From Takakia lepidozioides (taxonomy: Eukaryota > Plantae > Bryophyta), in contig CM060733.1 of the NCBI GenBank assembly GCA_030704615.1, positions 52,514,001 to 52,578,000 of the forward strand: DNA of 64,000 nt. The letters run 5' to 3'. The position numbers were made by a program, and so were the translations under genes. The notes beneath the pieces are model-generated. The model made no database searches and had not been told where the DNA came from. It saw only the letters and a program-made list of their open reading frames with translations. Of this stretch, positions 28,201 through 38,465 are shown in pieces; position 1 is the stretch's first letter, and every line of letters starts with the position of its first letter.

Positions 28201-29060
28201 TCCTCTCCCACGGTTGCCATCCCATTGGCGTCTGGCACTTTGGTGAAGGGGAGCGATTTGTAAGGACAGTAGAACTTTACCAACTCTCCTGTGAGAGCCA
28301 TTCGTAAAGCAGAGAAGAGTATGGGAACGGTGTCCAACAAAGTGTGCCAGCACTGGAGCAACGAGCCGTACGTCTGGGGATAGCATCAAACAACATGATC
28401 GACGCACCCATACTGGAACGTTACTGCTGATGCACGGCTAGGTGGATGAGCAGTTTCATTCCACTTTGCAACAGACCATCTATCCTCATCCATCCATATT
28501 ACCCATCTGACAAGGTATCCTATGTAATCATTAACTACCTGTATCCAACGGTTTTCTTCAGACACCAGCTGTCCAGCCACCCGTTCATTCTATCTTAAGA
28601 TGTGATGTGTCATAACTGAAGATGAAAAGCAGCTAGGATGAAATTGTTCTACTTGTTTTTCATTCATTTGTTTTGAATGAGCAGAGGACGTGGAGAAGAC
28701 ACCACCACCGAAGCGACAACCAAAAATTCCCTAGGCACGTACTTCTGTTCTAAAACAACCTTACTTTAGCGCGACTCTTGACCGTTCAGGGACGACGTGT
28801 CTTGCATGCAGATGCTCCACGCAACCCCGCCACTTCTCCACGAAGCTGGCATCTTGGCGCAGTAGGGGCAGGGGAGAGGCAAGTTCCTCTTTCTCGCACC
28901 ACTTTTTCGCTCCCTAACTGCAATCCTGGATCATGTCAATAGTGAGACTCCCTCTCGAGCTAGAAGAAGGCGCCGCCAAACTCTGTACTTCACATCTAGC
29001 AAACAAAGGTTGCGGACGAAGGAGAGAATGAAGAAGATCCGAAGGGAACTCATGTTGGGG
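22205..29060 (-). pseudogene. Mutator-type DDE transposase with N-terminal Cys/His (GCM/WRKY-like) zinc domain and C-terminal SWIM finger; frameshifted and split by an insertion
   Basis: DGHPW..GHLRCGNEVC..CKYCK..HLGNHTHP; WLMFDHVKR (D1); FMADSTQANWNAV (D2); CLLHW (CxxH); CNLSETVH (E). The SWIM motif YEVTVSNFP...KFVP|CKQLYY is rejoined when 22345-24994 is removed. Start coordinate approximate. Confidence 0.8.
22345..24994. mobile_element. 2650-bp nested insertion with TGT..ACA termini (non-autonomous Ginger/GingerRoot-like element or solo LTR)
   Basis: Perfect 11-bp TIR TGTAGTGTGAA / TTCACACTACA and 4-bp TSD GGCA on both sides. Removing it restores the transposase frame K-F-V-P-C-K-Q-L-Y-Y. 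Confidence 0.9.
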
Positions 29061-29206
29061 GAGGACACCGGGTTGATTCAGGTTACAGGTTGATACAGGT
29101 TACAGACACAGACATTCGAAACGAACATTGCCCTTTGAATGATTGATTTCGACCCGAATTGAGTGGCCTGGTTCTCTTTTCTTTTGACGTTTGAATATCA
29201 CAAAAC

Positions 29207-29771
29207 AACCTTGCGTTGACGCAAGGTTGTTTCGAATGTACTGTCTATGTCTGTTTTTCCCATTCACTGTTTGTTTTCCCACCGTTGCAGATCCCACAAT
29301 CAACCTTGCGTCAACGCAACGTTGGTTTGGGTTGCAGGCCTGTATTCTTCTGAAGGGTTTTTTCGAATGGTTGAAGCTCACCAAACAACCTTGCGTTGAC
29401 GCAAGGTTTTTTGAGAGTATAGCGAATGTCTTGTTTTGCCTTCACTCTCAAAATTGCCAGCCCAAGAAACAACCTTGCGCCAACGCAAGGTTGATTTGGG
29501 CTGCACTCCAGTGTCCTTCTGCAGGGTTTTCTGGAACTACTAGAGCTCATCAAACAACCTTGTGTTGACACAAGGTAGTTTGAGAGTCTTGCCAATGTCT
29601 GTTTTTTCCTTCAATCCCACAGTTGCATGCCCCAGAAACAACCTTGCGTCAACGCAAGGTTGATTTGGGGTGTAGTTCTGTGTCCTGTGTCCTGTGTCCT
29701 GGCGAAGTCTGTATTTGACTCCTTTCCCATTGTTGGAAGCCCCAGAAACAACCTTGCGTGAACGCAAGGTT
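29207..29771. repeat. Array of seven 22-bp palindromes AACCTTGCGT-NN-ACGCAAGGTT (cluster 1)
   Basis: Cores start at 29207, 29302, 29387, 29471, 29556, 29640 and 29750; spacing is mostly 84-85 bp. Confidence 0.95.
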
Positions 29772-29901
29772 GATTGGGGCTGCAAATGAAGGGTCATTTT
29801 GACTTGTCCCAAGGCTGTTTTGGGCCATGCAACTGCATGTTTATCTTTAATTGTGTTCAATACCAGACTTCATGACTGATTGATCTTTCATTTTTTTACA
29901 G

Positions 29902-32900
29902 AGGAAAAGGAAAAGGCAAGAACCTGCCAGAGACGGAGGAGAGGTAGACTATGAAGATGATGAAGAAGGTGATGACGAGCATTACGCAGACAGAGCAAAG
30001 GCTGTTATCGGGGGACAGAAGGTGAACTCTTCGAAGGTCATCCTGTCCATGGAAATTCCTGGTGGAGACATCCTTATCCCAATGTGCAGAATGATATCAA
30101 TGCCCGCTGTCCGGCCAGCACTCAGAAACGACATAAGGAAACTTAAAAATGATTTTGTGCATGGGTATGTGAAGGGTTCTGCGGTGTTCTATATTTCCAC
30201 AATTGACACGAAGGGCGAGAGTGCCCTGTATCAGAAGAGATAGAGGAAGGTTGGGATGCATGTTGGCATGAAGTTAATAGGGAGTTCGAGGCCAAACTAT
30301 TCAAGAAGGCTTCCACGAAAGTTTTCATGGGGAAGATGTTTTTTGTGTGGGATGGAAATCACCGGTTGCTTGCCTGGATGGACTACATATCGGAATTGCA
30401 CTCTGACGAAAAGGACTGGCACTGGAGCGTTCATTCTATGGTTCTGGATCACAAAGGACGAATCACACAGCTGCTCACTGCCATGCACGACATCAACAAG
30501 TAAGTTTTCCGAAATTGTTGTGCATTATTTGATTGCATTGCTCTGTTTGTGGTTGTTTTCTTCTTAATTGGAAAAGTGATTGTTCAATGCAGATCAAATG
30601 AAACCTCCAACGTAACAACCAACCTCTGCCACACCCTTTTCCGGGTCTTGCAGATCGGTATGATGCCACTGGAATCGTTTGCGAACGTCTTGAGTCCAAG
30701 TCAAATGAAGAGATGCAGGGAGAAGAAGCTCGTCACCTGGTATAGCCTAACAAGAGAGGCATTTCTTGACTACATGTACACGGTAAAGAAACTTAAACCG
30801 AATTGAAATTCAGACTTGTTTGTTCCCTATTTTCATTGGCTGTGAATTGAAGGATCTTAAATGTTGGATTGTCTGTAGCAAGAGATAGCTGAAGACGAAG
30901 GCCGAATACTACGCCACTCACGCAGAGGAGGAGAGGTCTGTTGTGGGGGTGGCGGAGGCAATCCGGTTTGAGATGGATAACCACAGGAAGAACCTGCTGA
31001 GTGCGTTCGACAAACAAATCCGTATTGCAGATCCCGGTCTTGGCTCAGAGTTCCTGGAGCAGGTGAAAGTGCACTACGACAAGTATGGAATTAAACCCAA
31101 AATGACACAAGAGAAACTGCATCGCCTGTCCATTTCAATGGTGGACACCGCAACCAAAATCAGATGGTTGGAGATTTGGAACTCGGATCCTCTGGTGAAG
31201 GACACGTATGGGTTTCCAAGAACAGAGAAAGATCCCAAAACCAATGTGGTAAAAGTGGTGAGCGACCACTCCTTTGACCAGTGGCTTCACAAAGCTACAT
31301 TCTGGAGCTAGGTGAGAGAAACTACCATTCATTCTTGCAGTCTCCATTTTTCCATGATTCCGTGTTGCTTAGCTCCATATCCTCACATTTGCCTTGTTGG
31401 AACAGCTGGAGAGACGTGCTATTTCAGCACTGGAAGAGTCCTTGACTGACTACAAAATCACAATGACAACACCCAGAATCTCTCTTGAGCAATACATTCG
31501 GAGATGGAAAGGTGCTATATGGAACAACTGTTTCTTCAGGGAGTTTGAGAGAGACAAAGACATTTCCAGGTCGAATGAGTTCAAGAATCAGTACAATAGC
31601 GAGCAAGCTATGAAGCGAGTCTTGTACAGGTATCATGTTTCTTCATTGCCTCTTTTTTTGATTTCGTTTTTTCTCATCAAATCATTCTTATGTTATTGCA
31701 AGGCATGGTTTGGGACTGCCAATGTGAGGCTACTCTGATCGTCTGCCGTTCCTTTCCTAGATGCAAATTAACCTTGCGTCAACGCAAGGTTGATTCGGGC
31801 TGGTGGTTCTGCACTTCTTGCACATATTTTCGTTTTGTTGTACGGTACTTCTCCAGGCATGTTCCAACCTTGCGTTGACGCAAGGTTGGATGTAGGTCTT
31901 GCAAAACAGTATTTTTTGAAATTTCTCTTCACGTAGAAGTACATTTTCCGTTCATTCTCTTCTTGTCCACAGTCTCTTCGTTTCAAATTCTACTTCTAAA
32001 TATTCATTTTACAGACTCATTTAACGCAAGGTTGTTTGAGGCTTGATTTTACCTGCACATTCAAGTTAACCTTCAATGCATTTGCCAGCCTTGCGTTGAC
32101 GCAAGGCTGTACATTCCTCGTGATAGACCAATTTTGTGTTATCATTGCTGATATTGGAAGTTTGTTGGGATGCCTCAAACAACCTTGCGTCAACGCAAGG
32201 TTGATCGAGGTACTTTGTTTTTCCTGCTTCTATGTTTCTGTTGGACAATGGCTTTCACTAAATTGATCATTTGGGTGTGTATCCAGGTACATATACCATG
32301 TCCTCATTCCCGGCAAGTATCTTAGTGATGAACCGGATTTCATTTTCATGTGGGCGGACCCCACTAAGGACAAGACAATGTACACTGCTGGAATCGCGAA
32401 GGACTGGGGCAGGGCGCACTTCAGAGATTGTGGCTGGTACCTGGACTTGCCCAAACATGACACACCGTTCGAGGAGGTGGTCATGCGCAACTTCAATGAC
32501 AATGTAGCTGCTCTTGCACCACTCAGTGACAAGGAAATTCAGGAGAGAATAATTCAAGCCCTCGCAGCAAAGGAGCCGAAGAAAAGTAGCACTCCCAAAC
32601 GGAAAGGGAAGGGCGCAGGTGATGGGAAGGGTAAGGGGAAGATTGTGGCTGGGCAGGAACAGGCTGTGCATGACACCACGGAGCGTTAGCCCTCTCCAAC
32701 TCGCAAGGACAGGAGAACTCCGAAAACTAAAGAACAGCCTTACGAGGCCAGAGAGCACCCTTCTCGGGTTTTGGGTCAGTATGAAAATGAGGTGATTAAC
32801 GAGAGCTTCTTGGCAATGATGGAATCTAGAAAATCCACATTCAAAGGAGAGAGATCGAAGACTGGGGACATCCTGGTTTCTTCCTCACAAAGGTGCCCAC

Positions 32901-34337
32901 ACAACACTTTGTCTGGTGTGTTTTTTACTTTGTTCAACATTGTGTTCTGCTCCTAACTAGTCCACTGTTTTTTTTGTGGAACATGTCACCAAGAGACCTG
33001 AATGGGTGAATGGAAGCCAACAAGCGTACGCAACAGACCTAGTGGTCCTGGACATTCCAGATGGTCTGCCTGTGCCGGATGTCCTCCCATCGAACACAAC
33101 GCCATCGTGGAACAAGTCAGATGCCCTTTTCTGGCAGTGGGTTTTTTCCTTCAGCAACAAATTTTTGTCTGATGCAGGAGCACTTCTTCTTTTGCAGTCA
33201 AAAGACATGCTGGCGCGCAGAACCCTTTTCAGTTACATGAAGGCTTCCGGCTTTAAGGTCATCAAAACATGGACGTGTATCAACACTCTTCCACTTTCCA
33301 AGGGAGAGTTTCCAGGACAGAGGGTGAGTTTAGGGTGGTGGACTGCCTCTTCTGCTAATTTCATTCTATTCATTTCATTATGCATGCTCGTGAACTGAAT
33401 GTTTTGGGGGGGCAATGCAGACTCGGGTGTTCGAGGCTTTATGCTTGGTGAGGATGCGAAAGGACACCCCCCCTCCTAGTATTGCGGAGTTCCAGTTGAG
33501 AGACCTTGCAGCACACATCGACCCCACCTGCGAGCCTATGGGGGACGATGTCCTGTACAATTACGTGGACTCCGGGCGGACCATCAAAAGGACGAATGGT
33601 GTCCCTTGGAGAGGTGATCGGGAGAAATCTCCAACATTCATGCAGACTCTGGTGGAGACTTGCAGCCGGCATGGGGGGCGGGTGGTGGACTTGTCTTTGG
33701 GAATAGGTTTGCCCTGCCAAGTCTACTGCTCTGCCGTATCGATAATCTTGAATTTTGTAATGATTCTTGGTTTTTTTGTTCTGTGCATTTGCAGGTGCAA
33801 CTTTCCATGCTTGTAAGAGCGCCGGTAGACACTTCTTCGACATGGAGGGGGATGCGGAGCTGTAGTCGTGCGAGATTCAACAACTCACCTCCGGCTCGGC
33901 ATCAGCCCCACACAAGGAACCAGTTTTCGACGAACGGGAACTTCCAGATGAAGACCTCGACGTGGACTCCGACTTTGAGTGTATGTAAGTCCGGTTTGTT
34001 TTGGATGACATGTTGGATTTTTCATTTTTTCAGACCTTCATTTTTGTCACAACCGCGGTCGTGTCTTTCTGCTTACTGGGCTTGCAACTTTGGGAATCTT
34101 TGCAGGACACCAAAAACAAGGAGAAGCATCCCATTCTTTGCTAACCCGGAATTTTTCCCGAGCCCAACTGCCCCCCTACGGTTGCCATGCCATGCGGAGG
34201 CTGCCGCTAGGAAGTTTACTCTCTGCGACTCCCCTCTAGTTTGCTTCAATCGTGTAGAAAATGTGGACAACAGGGCTAGGATCGTCATGGACATTAGTGC
34301 GTCAGAGTCCGGTGCTACCACAAGTTCTAGTGCATAG
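29902..34337 (+). pseudogene. Spliced gene for a ParB/Srx-like domain fused to a beta-class N6A/N4C DNA-methyltransferase-like domain; transposon cargo with inactivating lesions
   Basis: FVWDGNHRLLAW (DGNHR at 30351) and AMHDIN; DLVVLDIPDG (33036, DPPY position); WRGDREKSPTFMQTLVETCSRHGGRVVDLSLGI|GATFHACKSAGRHFFDMEGD (motif X/I region). About nine GT-AG exons: 29902-30499, 30593-30782, 30889-31311, 31406-31629, 32287-~32892, ~32961-33322, 33421-33706, 33795-~33984, 34106-34337. Frameshift at ~30224; TAG stops at 31309, 32687 and ~33862. The first exon was not located. Confidence 0.75.
31770..32202. repeat. Palindrome cluster 2 (four full copies and one half-site) in an intron of the ParB-MTase gene
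   Basis: Cores at 31770, 31866, 32087 (AGCCTT..AAGGCT variant) and 32181; half-site near 32023. Confidence 0.95.
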
Positions 34338-35396
34338 ACATTTTCCGATTGGTTCCACCTGTTTGGGAATATCTAGAGAATCAAATGTGAGGAGATTGCT
34401 TCTCTTCCTTCAACTGCGTGCCTCCCTTCCCAACATTGTCTACATTTTCTAGAAATAATTTTTTTCATCTTCACTTGCAAGTCCATTCATACAATCTCTG
34501 TGGGTCCACAATACTTCCAGACATTACACATACGTACGTATATTGTGCATGCATCCAAAGCATAAGTCCATCCATCAACTGTCCGAAATTCTACCATTCC
34601 AAGTTTATCACTCCGTCATTCATCCAGTGTTCCAGCATATATCATCCATCATTCGACCCACACTCAGCCATCATGCATGTAACATCCATCCACCATCCAT
34701 CCAATATTTCTCATCCATCCAATATTTTTCATCCAATCACCATTCATCCAACGTTCATCCAACTTCACATCCAGGTGCGCATTACATTTACACTCGTTCC
34801 CATGGGAATAGGTCCCCTGGTTAAGGCAGACATGCCATAGACGGACCCACACAAAAGTCCGAAACATGACACCCGGCCAACACCGGTCAATACCCTACCT
34901 ATGATGGTATTGACGAAGACAAAAACCAAGCAATACCCATACTATGGGCAAAACCAAAGATCATGCACTGCAAGGTATAAGTATCAATCAATGTTGGGGT
35001 GGTATTACACATATCACATGAATAGGACATGTCCAGGCCATAGTGATAGACTCACCACGTGCTATCCACTCTTTATCCCCACATGCCCTACCTTGATGAC
35101 ATCTTTCCATGTGGTTCAAGGAAATGGTAGCTGGCATTACCATTGGAATACCGTCCGGTCATACCCGTCCGCAAATCAAAATTCACGCTTCTACTGAAAA
35201 CATGACGATATTAAAATTTTGTGAATATTCTAATAGTGCCGAACCAGCTGTAAAAAGTAAAAAATATTTCAATATCATCCCGAAGAAAAACCATATTTTT
35301 TATAAAGCAATTTATAGTGGACGACCTTCTCACATTTTGCCATTAAAAAAGAAACCTCAAATTAAATTGCAAGTCTTGTTAATGTATCATGGATAA

Positions 35397-35963
35397 TCAT
35401 GTACTAGTAGATGGGTCAGTTTCATGATGAGCATCAATAAGCTTTGTAGGTTTATTTACTGTGGATTGTGAATTCGTCTTTGCACCTCCCTTACTAAGCT
35501 CACATTGAATTGTTGCCTCTGTACTTGTACTTTCCTCTACGCCAATTGTCTGTACATTGTTTTGAGATGCTTCAATTATAAGAGGTGCAGGGCGAGCAAA
35601 AAACACAGGTTCCTCATTTCCAGGCATCCGAACAAAAATTACAGATTCCCAAACTCTAGAGCCCTCTAGATTATCATTTGGGTTATTTGGTACACCCTGA
35701 TTTGAATGAAGGCCTCTAGTTTGAGATAATGTTGGTTGATAATGGAAATGATTCATATAGTGAGAATAACACAAAAGCACAATGGCTATGGCAATGAGAA
35801 TTAACATAGAAGCCATGCCTGCAATTATGAAAAACATCGTAGGTGTTTGTTGACAGATAGCATTGATCCAATTTTCTGGATTTAAGCAAAAGTCATTTGA
35901 AGGTAGTGTCTCTGGGGCTAATTGCGAGGTCTTGCCAGCTTCAGATAGAAGGAAGAAAAACAT
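35397..35963 (-). CDS. GLUTAMINE DUMPER-like single-pass membrane protein
   Basis: 188-aa ORF with TM segment FFIIAGMASMLILIAIAIVLLCYS and a VIMAG-like motif VIFVRMPGNEEPVFFARPAP; a splice acceptor just upstream (~35980) suggests a 5' intron. Confidence 0.65.
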   Translation of the reverse strand: MFFFLLSEAGKTSQLAPETLPSNDFCLNPENWINAICQQTPTMFFIIAGMASMLILIAIAIVLLCYSHYMNHFHYQPTLSQTRGLHSNQGVPNNPNDNLEGSRVWESVIFVRMPGNEEPVFFARPAPLIIEASQNNVQTIGVEESTSTEATIQCELSKGGAKTNSQSTVNKPTKLIDAHHETDPSTST

Positions 35964-38465
35964 TTGTCGGCTTCCACCTGCAAAAACATGATCACCATTA
36001 GATTATCCATATAATAAATGGAAAAAAAGATAAAGATATTAGCATACATATTTTTATTTTCTACCAAGAAATGACATGGGACCAGAAGATTGATGACAAA
36101 TTTTGTAAATTCTTTTGTCAATGGATACTAGTACATACGACATATCCAAGCATGTATCATATGTATCATTTGTATCATATTATATGCATATATCTCGACT
36201 ATCTCCGAAGACATTATGTAATTTAATTTATTTAAATAATATTATTTACATTGAATACAGTAATTAAACTATAGACCAATCTCAATGAATAATATTGAAA
36301 TAAAAACTTACATTCATATAGAAAATAAACACTAGTGTAGTATATAATATTCTAACTAATATATGTATACATTGCACTTTTGACAAGTAATGATTATCAA
36401 ATAGAGAATTTTTAGATGAATAATTCAACCATCTAAATTCTAAGTCAAATTTTCTAAAGTGATTCCCTCCCTCTTTTTCATCTTTCAAACCTCTTGCAAT
36501 TTTTAATTTTCAGCTTGCTATATATTTTATAATTAAGTGAGATCATAAATATGTACATCAATTTGATTAATATCCAGACGATTGTTCTTTGTTGAAAGTT
36601 TTGGCAAACCTTGATTAAGGACGTATGATTACAATGAGTATAGGTACAATCTCATGTTGTTATTTGAACTATGTGTTGTTTCGTCTTTCAGTAATTAAAA
36701 ATGCAAAGTTATGACTCTCCTTGTATCTTTGTTTTTCACGTGTTGTCTTTTCTTCCTCCAACGGTGCATGGCTAGAATTCAACCAAGGCCAAAATCCAAC
36801 ATTCGTCAAATAAGAATTCGTGCTTTTAGAAAAGAATATAAATATAAATAATCACATGACGGTTTATGTAGGCTTCAACCGACCACAAATTATTATGATT
36901 GTATATTCATGATTGCTTCTGGGGGAAGGTGCAATGACAAAAAAAACCCTCCATACCATAGCAACTAGGCCTTGTAATATCAAATGGTTGACAAGTTTTG
37001 AAAGAGCATGATCCCCAAAAAGAAGAGAGATGCATTTCAAACCCCATTGTTTTAATGTAAAACATACGACTATCTATTATTTCTTCTTAGGACTATAACT
37101 TTGCATTTCGTGAGACCAAGTCTCATCTCAAGGTAACATATGCAAGAAATTTCATAATTAGTGACATTCAAATATTTCTATCACGCTAACTATATAACAT
37201 AAAGATGCAACAAGATAAATGAGATGTTCAACTTAAAAAAACAGATGAAGTGAGTTTGGATTTGAATACAGAGCAACGAGTAAATGCCCACCCGAAAACC
37301 TATTTGGCCGTCGTGAAGATGAAATGAAGTCAAACATCAACCTGAATAAAATTTTTCGATTTGGTAACATTTCCTCATTTAATGACAATTGTGAATTTTT
37401 ATGATATTGTGAGAGATTTGAGGTGTCACATCGTTGTCTCATATGATTAAGATGGAATGGCAAATATGGTTTATGTATAGGAGGACGCTTTGCAGGAACC
37501 CCACACTTTATTTCCATCTTCGTGTCCTCCCTTGCACGTTGCCTACCATATGGTCATGTTCTTGCCCTTATGTAGAATACATTGAAGAACAAACAACATC
37601 CTCAATATAGAGCTACATCATACCTTGCACAAGACTTCTAGTAAGGACATAAACAATAATAAGGTAGAGAACTCAAACAAGTATGTGTGTGTATGTGTGT
37701 GTTCACCGCGCCAAAAGGTTACTGCCTATGAATACCTTATTGCATCTGCATATGTCAAGATTTTATATATCAAAGAAGTAACTAATTGTGGTCGAGCATG
37801 AAGGTAAGATTTGAACCAGTGACGGATGGGTGTGTAGTGCGTCATATGGGTCAAATGGGCGCGCTAATTAGGACCTGTCCACTAATTGTCTATGCTAGAA
37901 CTTGCGGGCATCCCACCATCCTAGAGGTCCCAAATATGAGAGAAATTCCATTGGTTCCCTCCTAGGGGGCTGCTCACCTGGCCGAGTAGCTAAACAATTC
38001 GACGTAGTCCACAAAAAATGTACTAACTCCGAACTTCGTCCATAGTGGTAGTGATTATTTGGATAAGGTAGGGGCTGACTTTATGCCATGCCTCCTACAT
38101 TGAAGTCCATGCCACAAATATCCCATCTAAGGAATGTTCGACATTCTGTCAATGTGCACTCGCTCCATCAGAGAGAAGAATTCCAAATATGCAATTTGTC
38201 TATGGATGATTAATTCACTTTTATTTGGGATCCACTAACTAATTAGCAAGAAATTTTTTAATTATCTGAGAGGCCAAATCTATCAAACCTAGAGGTGTAT
38301 GTGTTTTTTAAATGTATAATTGCTTTCACGAAAAGAGGGGGACTTTAGGAGGTATCACTTGACGTAACCAACGTTGAGCTGAGCGGTTCTTTGGTTTACA
38401 TGGGAACCTCCAGTTCATATTTGGAAATTTTTTTGAGGAGGGGGGGGGGGGGGGGGGGTTTGTTG

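Larger units (their letters stand above)
21621..34815. mobile_element. Large (~13 kb) two-gene DNA transposon of Mutator-like type, decayed
   Basis: Imperfect inverted ends (cctatagccgtgggaa / ctattgccgtggggac versus reverse complement cctattcccatgggaac). GGATGAA subterminal repeats on the left (21740-21855) mirror TTCATCC/CATCC repeats on the right (34550-34772). Contains divergent transposase and ParB-MTase genes. No TSD identified, so ends are approximate. Confidence 0.7.

Noticed and set aside
25217-28307. Numerous plus-strand ORFs of 60-155 aa
   Set aside because: They are antisense shadows of the minus-strand transposase with no recognisable motifs.
29207-29771. CRISPR-like appearance of regularly spaced palindromic repeats
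   Set aside because: The context is eukaryotic with no cas genes, repeat polarity alternates, and the ~62-88 bp spacers are partly homologous to one another.
29902-34337. Bacterial or phage contamination as the source of the ParB-MTase gene
   Set aside because: The gene has many in-phase GT-AG introns and is embedded in plant TE sequence.
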